Shown here in pieces: positions 10,016 to 20,200 of a stretch of DNA of 64,000 nucleotides. The first letter of the stretch is position 1. The number at the start of each line of letters is the position of its first letter. Position numbers and translations under genes: made by a program. The notes beneath the pieces are model-generated. The model ran no database searches and was not told the origin of the DNA. It worked only from the letters and a program-made list of their open reading frames with translations. The stretch is from the IMG/VR virus record IMGVR_UViG_3300036770_007547, positions 124,001-188,000 of that record. One strand, given 5' to 3'.

Positions 10016-10552
10016 TTAACTGCTTTGTTCGACTCGAGCCAGCGTCACTGTGCCGTTGTTGGCAGCACCAGATTTGATGGCTGTTTCACCTTCAACACCC
10101 TGGAAGAAGTTGAGGAACCAACGATTGTTGTTCCAATCAACACCCCATTTGTTGGTGATGCGCTTGAGACGGATCGCGGTAGAATCACCGGTGTAAACAG
10201 TGATGGTCATGCTGCCCGAAGTGAGTGCGCTGTCGGCCTCATCACTGAGTGTGCAGACTCCAGATGCGCCATTAGTGGGATCGTACACCAAGAACTTGCG
10301 GCTGCCTTTGGCACGAAGGATGTATCCATCTTGTTCGTCTTGGCCAGCGATGTAAACTCGAACGCCGATGGTAGGGAAGTTGGAAGTACCGCCATTGGCA
10401 GTAGTGGTAGTGAGCTGGTCACCGCCCACCACACCATAAAACTCGGCCGAATCCAGACCATCTGGTGTCACTGGGTTGGTAAGAGTGCTGACTTGCGGGA
10501 AACCAATGTCTTTGGTTGTGTTTGCTTTTTGGATTTTGAGAGGACGTCCCAT
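10016..10552 (-). CDS. Hypothetical virion protein downstream of the capsid gene (MGRPLKI..., 178 aa)
   Basis: AGGAG SD favours the ATG at 10552 over the ORF-track start at 10579. Confidence 0.7.
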   Translation of the reverse strand: MGRPLKIQKANTTKDIGFPQVSTLTNPVTPDGLDSAEFYGVVGGDQLTTTTANGGTSNFPTIGVRVYIAGQDEQDGYILRAKGSRKFLVYDPTNGASGVCTLSDEADSALTSGSMTITVYTGDSTAIRLKRITNKWGVDWNNNRWFLNFFQGVEGETAIKSGAANNGTVTLARVEQSS

Positions 10553-10560
10553 TTTGTTTT

Positions 10561-10634
10561 CTCCTATAAAGAAGTCCAATGTGGGTTCTAGCCACTACGC
10601 GGCGGGTTAGACCGCATAAGACGCCGATTGCGTC
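10561..10634 (-). ncRNA. Putative structured cis-regulatory 5' leader (four hairpins)
   Basis: Stems GACGC/GCGTC, TATGCGG/CCGCGTA, GTGG/CCAC and CTTCT/AGGAG lie between a late promoter and the start codon. Confidence 0.55.
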
Positions 10635-10639
10635 ACAAG

Positions 10640-10646
10640 TATTTAT
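10640..10646 (-). promoter_or_regulatory. T4-like late promoter (ATAAATA)
   Basis: Lies immediately 5' of the structured leader. Confidence 0.7.
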
Positions 10647-10648
10647 GT

Positions 10649-11248
10649 CTAAGGGGAGATCTGCCAGCTCTTGCTGTAGGTATAGACCCAGACTGGTCGT
10701 GTGATAGTGTTGCTTTGATACAGTCGATTGCTGTTGTCTGTTGATGTGGTTTCGGTCATGTGTGCGTAGAATCTATGACTGGTAAAAGTATCCTGTGCAC
10801 CACCATCAACATCTGCACCTTGTATCACATAGGTAGCACGATTGGTAAAGAATGTACCCCAATAGTCGCGATTGCCAAGATCGGTATGAGTATGGCCTCC
10901 GTAATCAATGCCCGTGCTGTTAAAACTGTTGGAGTTTTGTTGTCGCACGATCTGCCAGTTGCCAGTGATGACGATTCGACAGCGACTGGCAGGGTAGAAA
11001 ACCGAATCTTCGCCCACATAGTCGGTGAGCTGATTTCCAATCACGGCTATGGACCAGTTCGTGGCCTCTACACGCAATGCGCCACCGTCGTCGGGTTTGG
11101 GATGTGTGAGACTTAGTCCAAACGTGGCTTGATCGTTATAGCCTGCCTGGCTGAAATTCCACAGTCCTTGTTCAACAACGGTTAGGCCGTTTGTGACTGT
11201 GAGCTCGGCAGTACCTGATAGGCTGTCTGGTGCAAAGAAACTAGGCAT
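10649..11248 (-). CDS. Hypothetical protein (199 aa), possibly virion-associated
   Basis: Start moved to the ATG at 11248, downstream of the gp23 terminator and 4 nt after TTAAATA. Confidence 0.6.
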   Translation of the reverse strand: MPSFFAPDSLSGTAELTVTNGLTVVEQGLWNFSQAGYNDQATFGLSLTHPKPDDGGALRVEATNWSIAVIGNQLTDYVGEDSVFYPASRCRIVITGNWQIVRQQNSNSFNSTGIDYGGHTHTDLGNRDYWGTFFTNRATYVIQGADVDGGAQDTFTSHRFYAHMTETTSTDNSNRLYQSNTITRPVWVYTYSKSWQISP

Positions 11249-11265
11249 ACTATATTTAAGCCAAC

Positions 11266-11291
11266 AAAAAAGCCCCTTGCGGGGCTTTTTT
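11266..11291 (-). terminator. Rho-independent terminator after the major capsid gene
   Basis: AAAAAAGCCCC-GCAA-GGGGCTTTTTT on the minus strand, with a GNRA loop and symmetric A/T tails. Confidence 0.9.
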
Positions 11292-11312
11292 GATTTGAGT
11301 GTTGCTCTCTGA

Positions 11313-12530
11313 TTAGGAGAACGACAGGTTCGAAACAGCGATCTCACCAACATAGTCGCCTGCGTTACCGAAGGACGAAGCTGTGTTTGTAAGCTCGATG
11401 TAACCGTAGCGAGTCATAAAGCTCACGACGGGTTCGAACGTTGTGGGATCCAGCACAACACCCGAGCTCATCAGGGGGATGTAGGGGCAGTAGAATGCCG
11501 CTGCATCAGCCTCGGACGAACCTTTGTAACCAACCAGCACAGGAGTGCTGTCAGAAGCGTAGGAGTCAACAAACACACGCATAGCGCCGTTCAGTGTTCC
11601 AACGAACTTGGTGTTGGTGGGTGCTTCGAAAGTACCTTCTGTGGTACGAGCGAAAGCAGAAGTTGTTGCGGACTGGAGCACAGTCAGCGAAGCAGGCGAC
11701 ACAACCGCCCAGTTACCAGCACCGCGACGTGTGCGCTGTGCAATCAGGTTGGCAACACGATTGATGAGAACAGCAAGAGCAGCATGCTCGTCACCAACGA
11801 ATGTAGCTGTACCAGAAACGGTAGCTTGGTTGTATGTGAACTCGGTCTGGGCCAGGCTGCGGAGGGACAGGAGGATCTCCTGATCGATTTCAGCAGTGAT
11901 TTCCTGAGCCAGCGCGGCCATGATTTCTGCCTCAACGTCAATGCCGTGCATGGCTTGTGCGTCTTGAGCAGCTTCAAATGTCCAGCGAGCTTGCAGCTTA
12001 CGAGTTTTGGCTTCAACTGCTTGCTTGAGGATCTGCACAGAGATCTGACGACCACCGTTGCCCTCGAGTGTTGCAGTGGGAGAACCAGCATAGCCTTGAG
12101 CAGCAGTCTGGGTCGTGGCAGCGTTAGAAGCACCACGAGCGCCGGCCGAGTAGGCTGTAGCGATCTTGAAGGGGCTGAGTGCCTCTTCACCAGCAACCAC
12201 AGAAGTAGCGGCTGCGGTTTGATCGGTCATTGTAGAAGCATAACGCACACGCAGAGTGTGGATCTGTCCAACAGGACCGGTCATGGGCTGCACACCAACG
12301 ATCTCGTTAGCGATCACAGTGGGCATAACCCGTCGAATCACTGGCAGAATCACACGATTCAGCGTAGCGATATTACCAGACACGGTAGAACCCGAGCTGG
12401 CATTCTCTTTCAGGTACTTACGAGTGTTTTCGAGGATCACACCCATGGTGTTGCGACGGCTTCCTTTGAGGCCTTCCATGAGGGCATCTTTGGTCTCGTC
12501 CCAACGGCTTTCAAGTAGTTCTTGTGACAT
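11313..12530 (-). CDS. gp23: Major capsid protein (T4 gp23 family)
   Basis: VGVQPMTGPVGQI, VEAKTRKLQARWTFEAAQD...HGIDVEAE, FYCPYIPL and FMTRYG motifs. Confidence 0.97.
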   Translation of the reverse strand: MSQELLESRWDETKDALMEGLKGSRRNTMGVILENTRKYLKENASSGSTVSGNIATLNRVILPVIRRVMPTVIANEIVGVQPMTGPVGQIHTLRVRYASTMTDQTAAATSVVAGEEALSPFKIATAYSAGARGASNAATTQTAAQGYAGSPTATLEGNGGRQISVQILKQAVEAKTRKLQARWTFEAAQDAQAMHGIDVEAEIMAALAQEITAEIDQEILLSLRSLAQTEFTYNQATVSGTATFVGDEHAALAVLINRVANLIAQRTRRGAGNWAVVSPASLTVLQSATTSAFARTTEGTFEAPTNTKFVGTLNGAMRVFVDSYASDSTPVLVGYKGSSEADAAAFYCPYIPLMSSGVVLDPTTFEPVVSFMTRYGYIELTNTASSFGNAGDYVGEIAVSNLSFS

Positions 12531-12554
12531 TACTGTCTCCTTTTTACTTTGAAC

Positions 12555-13646
12555 TTATAGACCAGCCAGGCGCTTGATCGCGATCACATTGCTGCGATCA
12601 TCGTCCTGGGGCGCGGCTGGCACGGTTTTATCACCAGTTACTTCTCTAACACTTTCTGAGATCACCTTTCGAGCTTTCACAGAAGTTTCAGCAAGTACGG
12701 CTGGTAGATACTTTTCATATGCGTTCTTGAGACGAGACGTCTGAACGCTTTCCAAGAGATCTTTCATGATCACACGTTTTTCCTCGTTGAGAGGACTCAG
12801 CAATTCTTCCATTACTGCCTGGCGTTGATTGCTTTCGCGGATCTGTTTGATCTCATGTTCTTTGCTCTCGACAAGAGCTTGTTTGCTCTCGGCAAGTTTC
12901 ACGGCTTCTTCAAGTTTCTTGTTCTTTTCCGCAACAAGTTGATTCAGCTCACGGATACGACGATTCTCTTTGAGATGCGTACCGCTGAATTCAGCTGCAA
13001 AAGCTTCAAAGATACGACGACCGAAGTTGTTCTGGCGAGCAGATTCGACGTCTTCTTTGAGTTGAACAAGTTCTTGTTTGAGATGGCTGGTAACGGCCTT
13101 GTTGATCCTTTGGGCACTTTCAGACACAAAACGTGTCTTGAGTGATTCAAGTTTGTCACGGGCTTCGGCAACCAGACGCACTCGTGTTTCCACGAGATCG
13201 CGCTTGTCTTGCTGAAATTCCATGATTTCTTCGGCCAGGGCCTTGACAACGAACTTTTCGAGTTTGGCGATTGATTCGTTGTGTACCTTGCGGTCTTTGC
13301 GGAGCTCTCCGAGCTCTTCGGCCAGTTTTGATACCATGAAGTTGTCAAACTTGCTTGCTGACTCTTTCATGGTTTTCTGGAACCGTACTCGATCTTCGGC
13401 CAGGGCTTTTTTCTCTTCGGCCAGGGCTTGGATCTCGTTGCCGAGACCATCTGTTACCATGCGATCTAGGGCTTCCACCATGACTGCTTTGTCGTGCTCA
13501 TAGCGTTGGGCGAATTCCTCTCGGAGTTCGGCACGCACCTGCTCACGTGCTTCCACCAGCTTTTGTTCCCAAGCTTCGTTGAGTTCTTGGCTGACTTCTT
13601 CAGTGATTAGGCCGCTATCGATTAATGGTTTGATTGCATCAAACAT
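12555..13646 (-). CDS. gp22: Prohead core scaffold protein (gp22-like)
   Basis: Glu/Lys-rich coiled coil between the protease and capsid genes, with an RRIFEAF motif. Confidence 0.85.
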   Translation of the reverse strand: MFDAIKPLIDSGLITEEVSQELNEAWEQKLVEAREQVRAELREEFAQRYEHDKAVMVEALDRMVTDGLGNEIQALAEEKKALAEDRVRFQKTMKESASKFDNFMVSKLAEELGELRKDRKVHNESIAKLEKFVVKALAEEIMEFQQDKRDLVETRVRLVAEARDKLESLKTRFVSESAQRINKAVTSHLKQELVQLKEDVESARQNNFGRRIFEAFAAEFSGTHLKENRRIRELNQLVAEKNKKLEEAVKLAESKQALVESKEHEIKQIRESNQRQAVMEELLSPLNEEKRVIMKDLLESVQTSRLKNAYEKYLPAVLAETSVKARKVISESVREVTGDKTVPAAPQDDDRSNVIAIKRLAGL

Positions 13647-13655
13647 CGATTTCTC

Positions 13656-14276
13656 CTAGATTTTGAGATCGCGAATGAGGCGTTTAACTTCCTCTTTCAC
13701 ATATCTCTGTACTTTGTTGTCCTTGCCTGCGTCCCGAGCCATATCCAAAACACGATGTCCATGACGCATGTTCATGAGACCTTCGTATATGGCTTTTGGA
13801 TAAGCGTTGGGTGCGCTGGGTTGGGCAACCACATCAACAGTGACTATTTCAAAGTCACTGACATGTCCGTTGTCACCTACGTTGCCGCTACCACGACTGC
13901 TGACGCCAAGTTTGACTCCGCTGTCTAGCATGCAACGCACTAAATTTCCCATGGGTGTGGGCAGTATCTTGAGTTTACCAAATCCGTTAGGGCCGTCCAT
14001 CCACATGTTCATGATCATGTGACTCACACGATCAAGATTGATTTTGAGATCATCGGGGTGATCGACTTCGCCCAGGACGCTGTGTCCTGTAGAGATTTGT
14101 TCGTTGAGAGTGTTTACGGCTCGCTCAATTTCATTCACGGGATACACACGCTCGTTGGCGTTTTTGACGCCGCCTTGGATGCATATGCCCTTCATGTAAA
14201 GATCCTTACCTTCGGTGCCTTCCAGTACCATCTGGGCAGCATCAAAGGTAAGGTGTTCTTTTAGGTAAAGAGCCAT
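13656..14276 (-). CDS. gp21: Prohead core protease (gp21)
   Basis: NANERVYP, GEVDHP, LDRVSH, TPMG, LGVSSRGSG and DVVAQPSAPNAY motifs. Confidence 0.95.
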   Translation of the reverse strand: MALYLKEHLTFDAAQMVLEGTEGKDLYMKGICIQGGVKNANERVYPVNEIERAVNTLNEQISTGHSVLGEVDHPDDLKINLDRVSHMIMNMWMDGPNGFGKLKILPTPMGNLVRCMLDSGVKLGVSSRGSGNVGDNGHVSDFEIVTVDVVAQPSAPNAYPKAIYEGLMNMRHGHRVLDMARDAGKDNKVQRYVKEEVKRLIRDLKI

Positions 14277-14287
14277 TTACCCTATCC

Positions 14288-15073
14288 TCACTGCACTACT
14301 GACTTGGTGTTCACACCAGTGGCCTGGGCCAGGTGTGGTTTTACCGCGGGCTTGACGTTGGGCTTGGTGGTACCACCCATGTCTTGAGCCTTGGGCGCAG
14401 GACGACCATTTTCTTCGCCGCCCACTTCTTTCACGGGTTTGGCAACAGCACCGCGACTGCCGCTGTTGGCAGCTACCACGGCCTTTTTGTTGATTCCACC
14501 CTCTTCGCTGGTGACTGGCTTGGGAGCAGATTTGAGATCTACGTTCTCCATCATGCCCTCGGTTTCAAATTCGTCGTCGACCACTTCTTCGCTGTCCATG
14601 TCAACATCGATGTCATCGCCGCCCATGTCTGCGGTGTCATCCATGTCCACTTCGCCGGCATCGCCGCCGCCCATGAGCTCTTCAAATTCGGCCATGAGTT
14701 CGTCCAGCTTGTCTTCGAGATCGACCACACGGTCTTCGAGTTCTTCGTCGCCGCCAACGTCGTCGTGATGATCGTCTTCGTCTTCTTCGGCTTCCATGGA
14801 AATTCCGGTCTCTTCGGCTTCTACATCATCGATGAGATCGTCGGCTTGATCACCACCCATGGCAGTTTCGTCCATGTCGTGCATGCCTTCTTCCATCTTG
14901 TCTTTTTCTTCTTCGTCGTGATCTTCGGCCTCGTCAACTTCTTCGGCTTCTTCTTGCATCATCTCTTCGTAGATCTGACGGCTTTTTTCTACGACGATGT
15001 CATGGAAAAGCTCGCGAGCTTTGGCATCTTCGTCGTTGATCACGTATTCGATCAGTTGTTCAAATTTATTCAT
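14288..15073 (-). CDS. Highly acidic prohead core protein (positional gp67/68 analogue)
   Basis: Asp/Glu-rich ORF between the portal and protease genes. GGAGG SD before the ATG at 15073. Confidence 0.65.
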   Translation of the reverse strand: MNKFEQLIEYVINDEDAKARELFHDIVVEKSRQIYEEMMQEEAEEVDEAEDHDEEEKDKMEEGMHDMDETAMGGDQADDLIDDVEAEETGISMEAEEDEDDHHDDVGGDEELEDRVVDLEDKLDELMAEFEELMGGGDAGEVDMDDTADMGGDDIDVDMDSEEVVDDEFETEGMMENVDLKSAPKPVTSEEGGINKKAVVAANSGSRGAVAKPVKEVGGEENGRPAPKAQDMGGTTKPNVKPAVKPHLAQATGVNTKSVVQ

Positions 15074-15180
15074 GTCTTCCTCCAAAAGGTGAATGGCTCT
15101 GTCAAGATATTTAATATCTTGTCAAAAAAAGCGTGGTTATTGGAGTCTTTTTTGTGATAAATGACGGATTTTTTACGAAA

Positions 15181-15399
15181 TCACGTCATTGGCTGCGCCG
15201 GGGGTGCATACTGTGTCTGCACTTTTTTGAGCTTTTCCTTGAACTCGTACTGCCGCACATCGTTGAGGCGCCGCAATTGATTGATCTGTCTCAGGGTAAG
15301 TTTGGTTTTGCGGAGATCTCCCAGCCGTGGTTGGCTGTTGTCATTTTTGATGTCTTGATAGGCTTTTGGAGGTTTTGAATAAAGCTCGTTGAGTATCAT
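15181..15399 (-). CDS. Small basic head-module protein (72 aa, MILNELY...RKTKLTLRQINQLR)
   Basis: Start placed at ATG 15399, downstream of the portal stop and a TATAAATA. Confidence 0.7.
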   Translation of the reverse strand: MILNELYSKPPKAYQDIKNDNSQPRLGDLRKTKLTLRQINQLRRLNDVRQYEFKEKLKKVQTQYAPPAQPMT

Positions 15400-15406
15400 G
15401 ATCGAG

Positions 15407-15414
15407 TATTTATA
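15407..15414 (-). promoter_or_regulatory. T4 late promoter TATAAATA containing the portal stop codon
   Basis: Exact consensus. The TAA of gp20 lies inside it. Confidence 0.75.
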
Positions 15415-17191
15415 CTGTGGGGGCAGCGCCCGCGGCCGGGGGTGCCGCTGCTCCAGCAGCTGGTTGCTGTCCGGGTGCCATTTCTGCGCCGCCCAGGTCG
15501 GCTCCCAGGTCGGGAGTACCAAGTTCTTGACCGGTGTTGATATCGCTTTCAAGATCCGAAGGTGTTATGCCCACGCTGCGGAGATCGGTGCCTGCCACTG
15601 TGGGTGCATCGGGTTTGGCCCGTTCTTCGTGCCAGAGTTCTTCGTTCTCGCGGATCTCATCTTCGCTGAGTCCAAGATAGCGTTTGAGCAGGAAACGCTT
15701 GCTGAGATAGGGAACTGCATCTAGACTACCAAAAGTGTTGACACGAGTGGTGTCCAGCTCGGCTTCGCGATAGCTGGCAAAGTTTTGTGGAGGATTGAAG
15801 TTGACATTGAACAATCCGGAATCAATGTTGAATCCACGCCAGCGCAGGAACATCTTGAACTCGTCGTCCAACTTTTCTATGATCAATCGCTGCAAACGTT
15901 CACAGTATTGGTTGAATCGGTATTCCTGAATCAGGGCAGTGCCTAGACGTCCATCACTGTAGGTACGGTCGCTGTCGTCGGGCCCGGTGGGTAGATAACT
16001 GGATGGCACACGCAGCGCCCGGATCATCTTGTTGTTGAAGTACTTGAGATCGTCAATCTCACCGAGATTGCTGCCGCCCGGCAACACTTCAACGGATGAC
16101 CCACGCCCATCAGCAGTTTGCGGAAAGAAGTAGTCTTCGTTGATGCTGAGCGGATTGTAGCTGCTGTCCATGATGTTGTTGCCACCGCCGGTGTTGCTGG
16201 GTATGCGACGCTGATGTATCTCGTTTTTCACTCGCTCCACAAAAGCCATGGCCATGTGTGATGGCATGTTGCCCACGTCGATCTTGAACACCCGGCGCTC
16301 TGGAGCACGGGCCACACGATAGATCAACACCGAATCTTCCAAGAGTTCTTTTTGCTTGAACACACGGAATATGGTTTCCAGTATGCTTTGTCCAAACGGC
16401 CAGTAGAAATCCAAACCTTCGGTGAGGCTGAGGTGTACGATGTGTTTGGCATCCAACACAGCCTCGTTCATGGCTGCGGCAAATCTAGTCTGTCCAGTGC
16501 CTACACCACCCGCCGAACTGTTGGGCACAGTGTAGTTCTGTGGTGCGGTATAGCCTAGCGTGGGCGGATTGCTCTGATAGTCGGTGGTGGTCTTGGCAGC
16601 TACCGTGAGATTCTGGAAGTTGGGATTGATGTCGCGGACCACGTATTGCTCGGGACGTTTGCCTTCGCTCTCGTTCACGATCACACGAGCCACTTTGGTC
16701 ATGTCAACCCAGTACAGCTCAAAAGTCTCGGGATCACGCACAAATACCTGATCACCATACTTGAGGGTGTTGCGGAAGATGCGGAAGATGCGCTGATCCA
16801 GCTTGTTGAGTTTGACCCACTGCTGTAATTGTTGTTTGATGATCTTGACTTCGTTGTCAGTAGGATCATCGTTGTAGGTCACACGAAAAGGTACCTGATC
16901 GCCGTCTTCTTTTTGTGTGCTGAATTCGGCCAGGATGTCGAGACAGGCATTGATCTCGCTGTCGCAGTCCATTTGCTCGTATTGATTGTAGCGTTCGATA
17001 CGATTGGGGTGGCCCGAATACACCTCGGGCAAACGGCTGGCATAGTTGCGATAAACGATTTCAGCATGATTGGTTAATGGATCACGCCCATCATTGCGTC
17101 CGTAACCGGGCAGCCCGTCTTCACCGCGACCCGATAGTGGACTGAGTTGACCGCCAGTGTTTGCGACTTTAAAGTATTTTTTCCATGCCAT
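15410..17191 (-). CDS. gp20: Portal vertex protein (gp20)
   Basis: LLEDSVLIYRVARAPERRVFKIDVGNMP, EDYFFP and LPGGSNLGEIDDLKYF motifs. Confidence 0.97.
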   Translation of the reverse strand: MAWKKYFKVANTGGQLSPLSGRGEDGLPGYGRNDGRDPLTNHAEIVYRNYASRLPEVYSGHPNRIERYNQYEQMDCDSEINACLDILAEFSTQKEDGDQVPFRVTYNDDPTDNEVKIIKQQLQQWVKLNKLDQRIFRIFRNTLKYGDQVFVRDPETFELYWVDMTKVARVIVNESEGKRPEQYVVRDINPNFQNLTVAAKTTTDYQSNPPTLGYTAPQNYTVPNSSAGGVGTGQTRFAAAMNEAVLDAKHIVHLSLTEGLDFYWPFGQSILETIFRVFKQKELLEDSVLIYRVARAPERRVFKIDVGNMPSHMAMAFVERVKNEIHQRRIPSNTGGGNNIMDSSYNPLSINEDYFFPQTADGRGSSVEVLPGGSNLGEIDDLKYFNNKMIRALRVPSSYLPTGPDDSDRTYSDGRLGTALIQEYRFNQYCERLQRLIIEKLDDEFKMFLRWRGFNIDSGLFNVNFNPPQNFASYREAELDTTRVNTFGSLDAVPYLSKRFLLKRYLGLSEDEIRENEELWHEERAKPDAPTVAGTDLRSVGITPSDLESDINTGQELGTPDLGADLGGAEMAPGQQPAAGAAAPPAAGAAPTV

Positions 17192-17205
17192 GATCAGTTA
17201 CTTAC

Positions 17206-20200
17206 CTAGTTAGCTTGTGCTTGCAGCAACTTCTCCACGGTGCGATTGTTGTCGCGCTGTAGTCCCACAAGATTTTCCAATTGCCGCACAAGATCGCTCA
17301 TGTTCTGCATCTCGACCGGTATTGGCGATGTGTTGCGTAGATTACCGGCAGGCCCCAACAACGATGAAGGTTCAGTTTCGGGAATTTCGGGTTTATTGGG
17401 TGTAGTTGTGTCGGTGTCCAGGCTTGCGTTCACTGTGGTGATGCGATTTTGTATTTCTGCCATTGCTTGTGGCACAAATTTATCAAAACCTCCAATGCTG
17501 TCACCAAACAAACCCATGCCTGAGATAGCTTCTTGACTTTTCTGATTGAACTGACCCATGCCTGTGCCGAGTCGATCAAATCCAAGACCCATGCCTTTGC
17601 TGAGTTCGGCTATGCCACGCTGCTGTGCTTCGTATTGCTCTCGAGTGGCCTTGCGACCATTCACGGTGTACTCTACTCGTTCAGTGGCAGCTTGTTTTTC
17701 AGCCAATCTCAGTTGATCTATGGCTTTTTTGCTGTCACCAAACAGTGTGTCCCAGATGCGATCAAAGAATCCTGGCTTGGCCGTGGGCGGCTCAGCCTTG
17801 TCAGTGCGCTGACCAAAAGTGGCAAATCCCTGTCCAAGGATACGTTTGAGTTCACCAAAAGGATCGTTGACAAATCTCATGGGTATGGATTTGCCTTGCA
17901 AAGGTATCACAGCTTCGGGACCGGCTTCACCTGCGATGCTGGGGCCTTGGGTGATGCCGCCCTTGGCCATGAAATTTTGGCTCAGTTGTTCTAGAGTTTG
18001 CAAAGGTTTGGCTTGGGTAGCGGCTGCCACATCAAGTCCACGATTCACAGCTTCCTGGGTGGACTGGGACAGGATCTCAGCCATCCGTTGCACTTCGGCA
18101 CGGAAACTTTGGCTGTCATTGCGTGATGTCTCAACGATCTCGCTTCTGGTCAGCAGTTTGAGTGTGCCATCAAGCCGTGAGATCTTTTTGATGAGAGCAT
18201 CATTGTCAAGACCTTTGATGTCCACTGGTATGCGCCGGCCATCAGGCAAGGGCACAAAGGCTTCGTTCTGGCCGGCCTCGGCGGCAGTGACCTGCACACC
18301 GCCTGGGCGGGCTGGTATCACCCCACCGTCACGCATGTAAATGTGCGGTGGATCACCAAAGCTGGCACCCCACTTGAATCCGTACTTGTTCAACAAACCC
18401 GACTGTGCCAGGAACGAAGCTTCGTTGGAATTGATGTCAACCGCCATGCCTTGCTGATGTTTGCTCATGCCAGGTGCAGCACGTGGTCTACCACCCGAGT
18501 TGATTCTCGCTTGTTCTTCCACGCTGCGGTAAGCTGAATTGATGCTGAGCACTCGGCCAGTGAGTTGCTGATACTCCGCGCCCATGTTGATCATGGCCTG
18601 CTGCACCGCGGGATTTAATTTTTCAAAATGGTTTTCGCTGCCGGTTCCAGATCCAAATCGGAACAGATCCTGCACACTTGATCCCACCGAAGGTGCTCCT
18701 CCACCACTGGCTCGCGGTATCTGAGCCTGTCCGCCTTTGGGAGCCGGCACAGCTGGCGCGGTGGCTGATCTTGTGCCCACATTGCCAGTAGCGGGAGCGG
18801 ATCTTTGCATGGCTCCCGCGGCCTGTGCAGGTTTGGCAAAATTCTGTTGGGCTTGTATCGTGGCAGATGCCAGTGCCTGCTGTTTTTCCTGTTCGGTGAC
18901 GCGAGCAAACAGTCCCTTGCTCTGACGCAGTATCTTGAGTTTCTGCTCAAACAGTTCCGTGCGTCTTTCCACGTATTTGCGATAGTTTTCGTTGTCTTTT
19001 TGGGCAAACTCAGCATCGTCAAACACATAGTCAAGGGATTTCTTGATCTCGTCGATCTCTTGCTGGCGGATAGCCGCCAAAGCATCGGCTTGATTTGATC
19101 GTTCGCCGGTCAGTTTTTGCCACCAAGACAAATCTTGGTCCACACGTGTCTGGGCTAGATCGCTGGCATCTTTGGCTGTGCGAGCTTGCTGTTGCTCGTG
19201 TTGAATCTGTATCTTGCGCTGGGCTGCGCCAGCACGATTGGCACGTTCGTAGAACTCGTTCCGTGCCTGTTCCTCGGCGGCCTGCTGGATGCGCATGCGC
19301 TCGAATTGCGCTTGATTCGGGCGCATTTTTTCCAAGCGACCTTGTTCGGTGCGTAGCATCTCCCGGCGAAGTTCGTTGATTCGTGATTGATACTGCTGAA
19401 ACCCTTCGCGATCGTTTTCGGCGAACGTCGCGTTGCTCCAGGTGGCCTCTTCGGTCACGCGAGTGCCACGTGTGATGGCTTTTTGTGATTCCAGTTGCTT
19501 GGCAGCTTGATCCACGGCCTGTGCTGCAAGTCCCGTTTGCTGCTGTTTGTTGCTCCAGAGGCGATCCCACCAAGATGCTTCTTTTTGGGCCTGTTCTATG
19601 GCCTGTTGTGTTGCTTGTTTCCGTGCATCGGTTTGTTTTTTCTCGCTGTCACCGGTGCCGCTCTCTTGCTTGTTGTTGCGTTGTTTTTTGTTGTCGACCA
19701 AGCCATAGTCAATGAGACCAAAGTAGCCGGCTGCGCCGCCCAGGGCCGCACCAATACCAGCACCTATGGCTGTCCCAACACCCGGAATGATGCTGCCTAT
19801 GGCAGCACCGGCTGTGCCCAGTGTGGTGGCCCCGGCTGCTGCGCCAACCTTTCCAGTTAGAGCGCCGGTCTTTTCGTCGGTGATTCCGCCCAGGGTGCCT
19901 GATTTTTGCAACACCGACGCATCGCTCAGCGTGGGTATGTCCATGCCAGTTTCTTTGGCCACGTGGCGTATGAAATCGTTGAGTGCGCCGGTGAATTGAT
20001 TCACAGCCTCAGCGGCTGCTGGCATGGCTGCAAACGCAAATGTATCCATCTGACGTGCCAGCTGATCCATGCTCTTCTGCGCATCCACAGTGCTGTCGGT
20101 CAAAGGATCGGTACCTTTGCGCATCTGAGCTTCTTGCTCGTTGGCCAGTCGCACCTGACCGTCAATGATCCGGGCGTTGACTAGATCGCTTTTCTGTGCA

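Noticed and set aside
14333-15157. 274-aa Phe/His/Val-rich plus-strand ORF
   Set aside because: Antisense shadow of the Glu/Asp-rich core protein.
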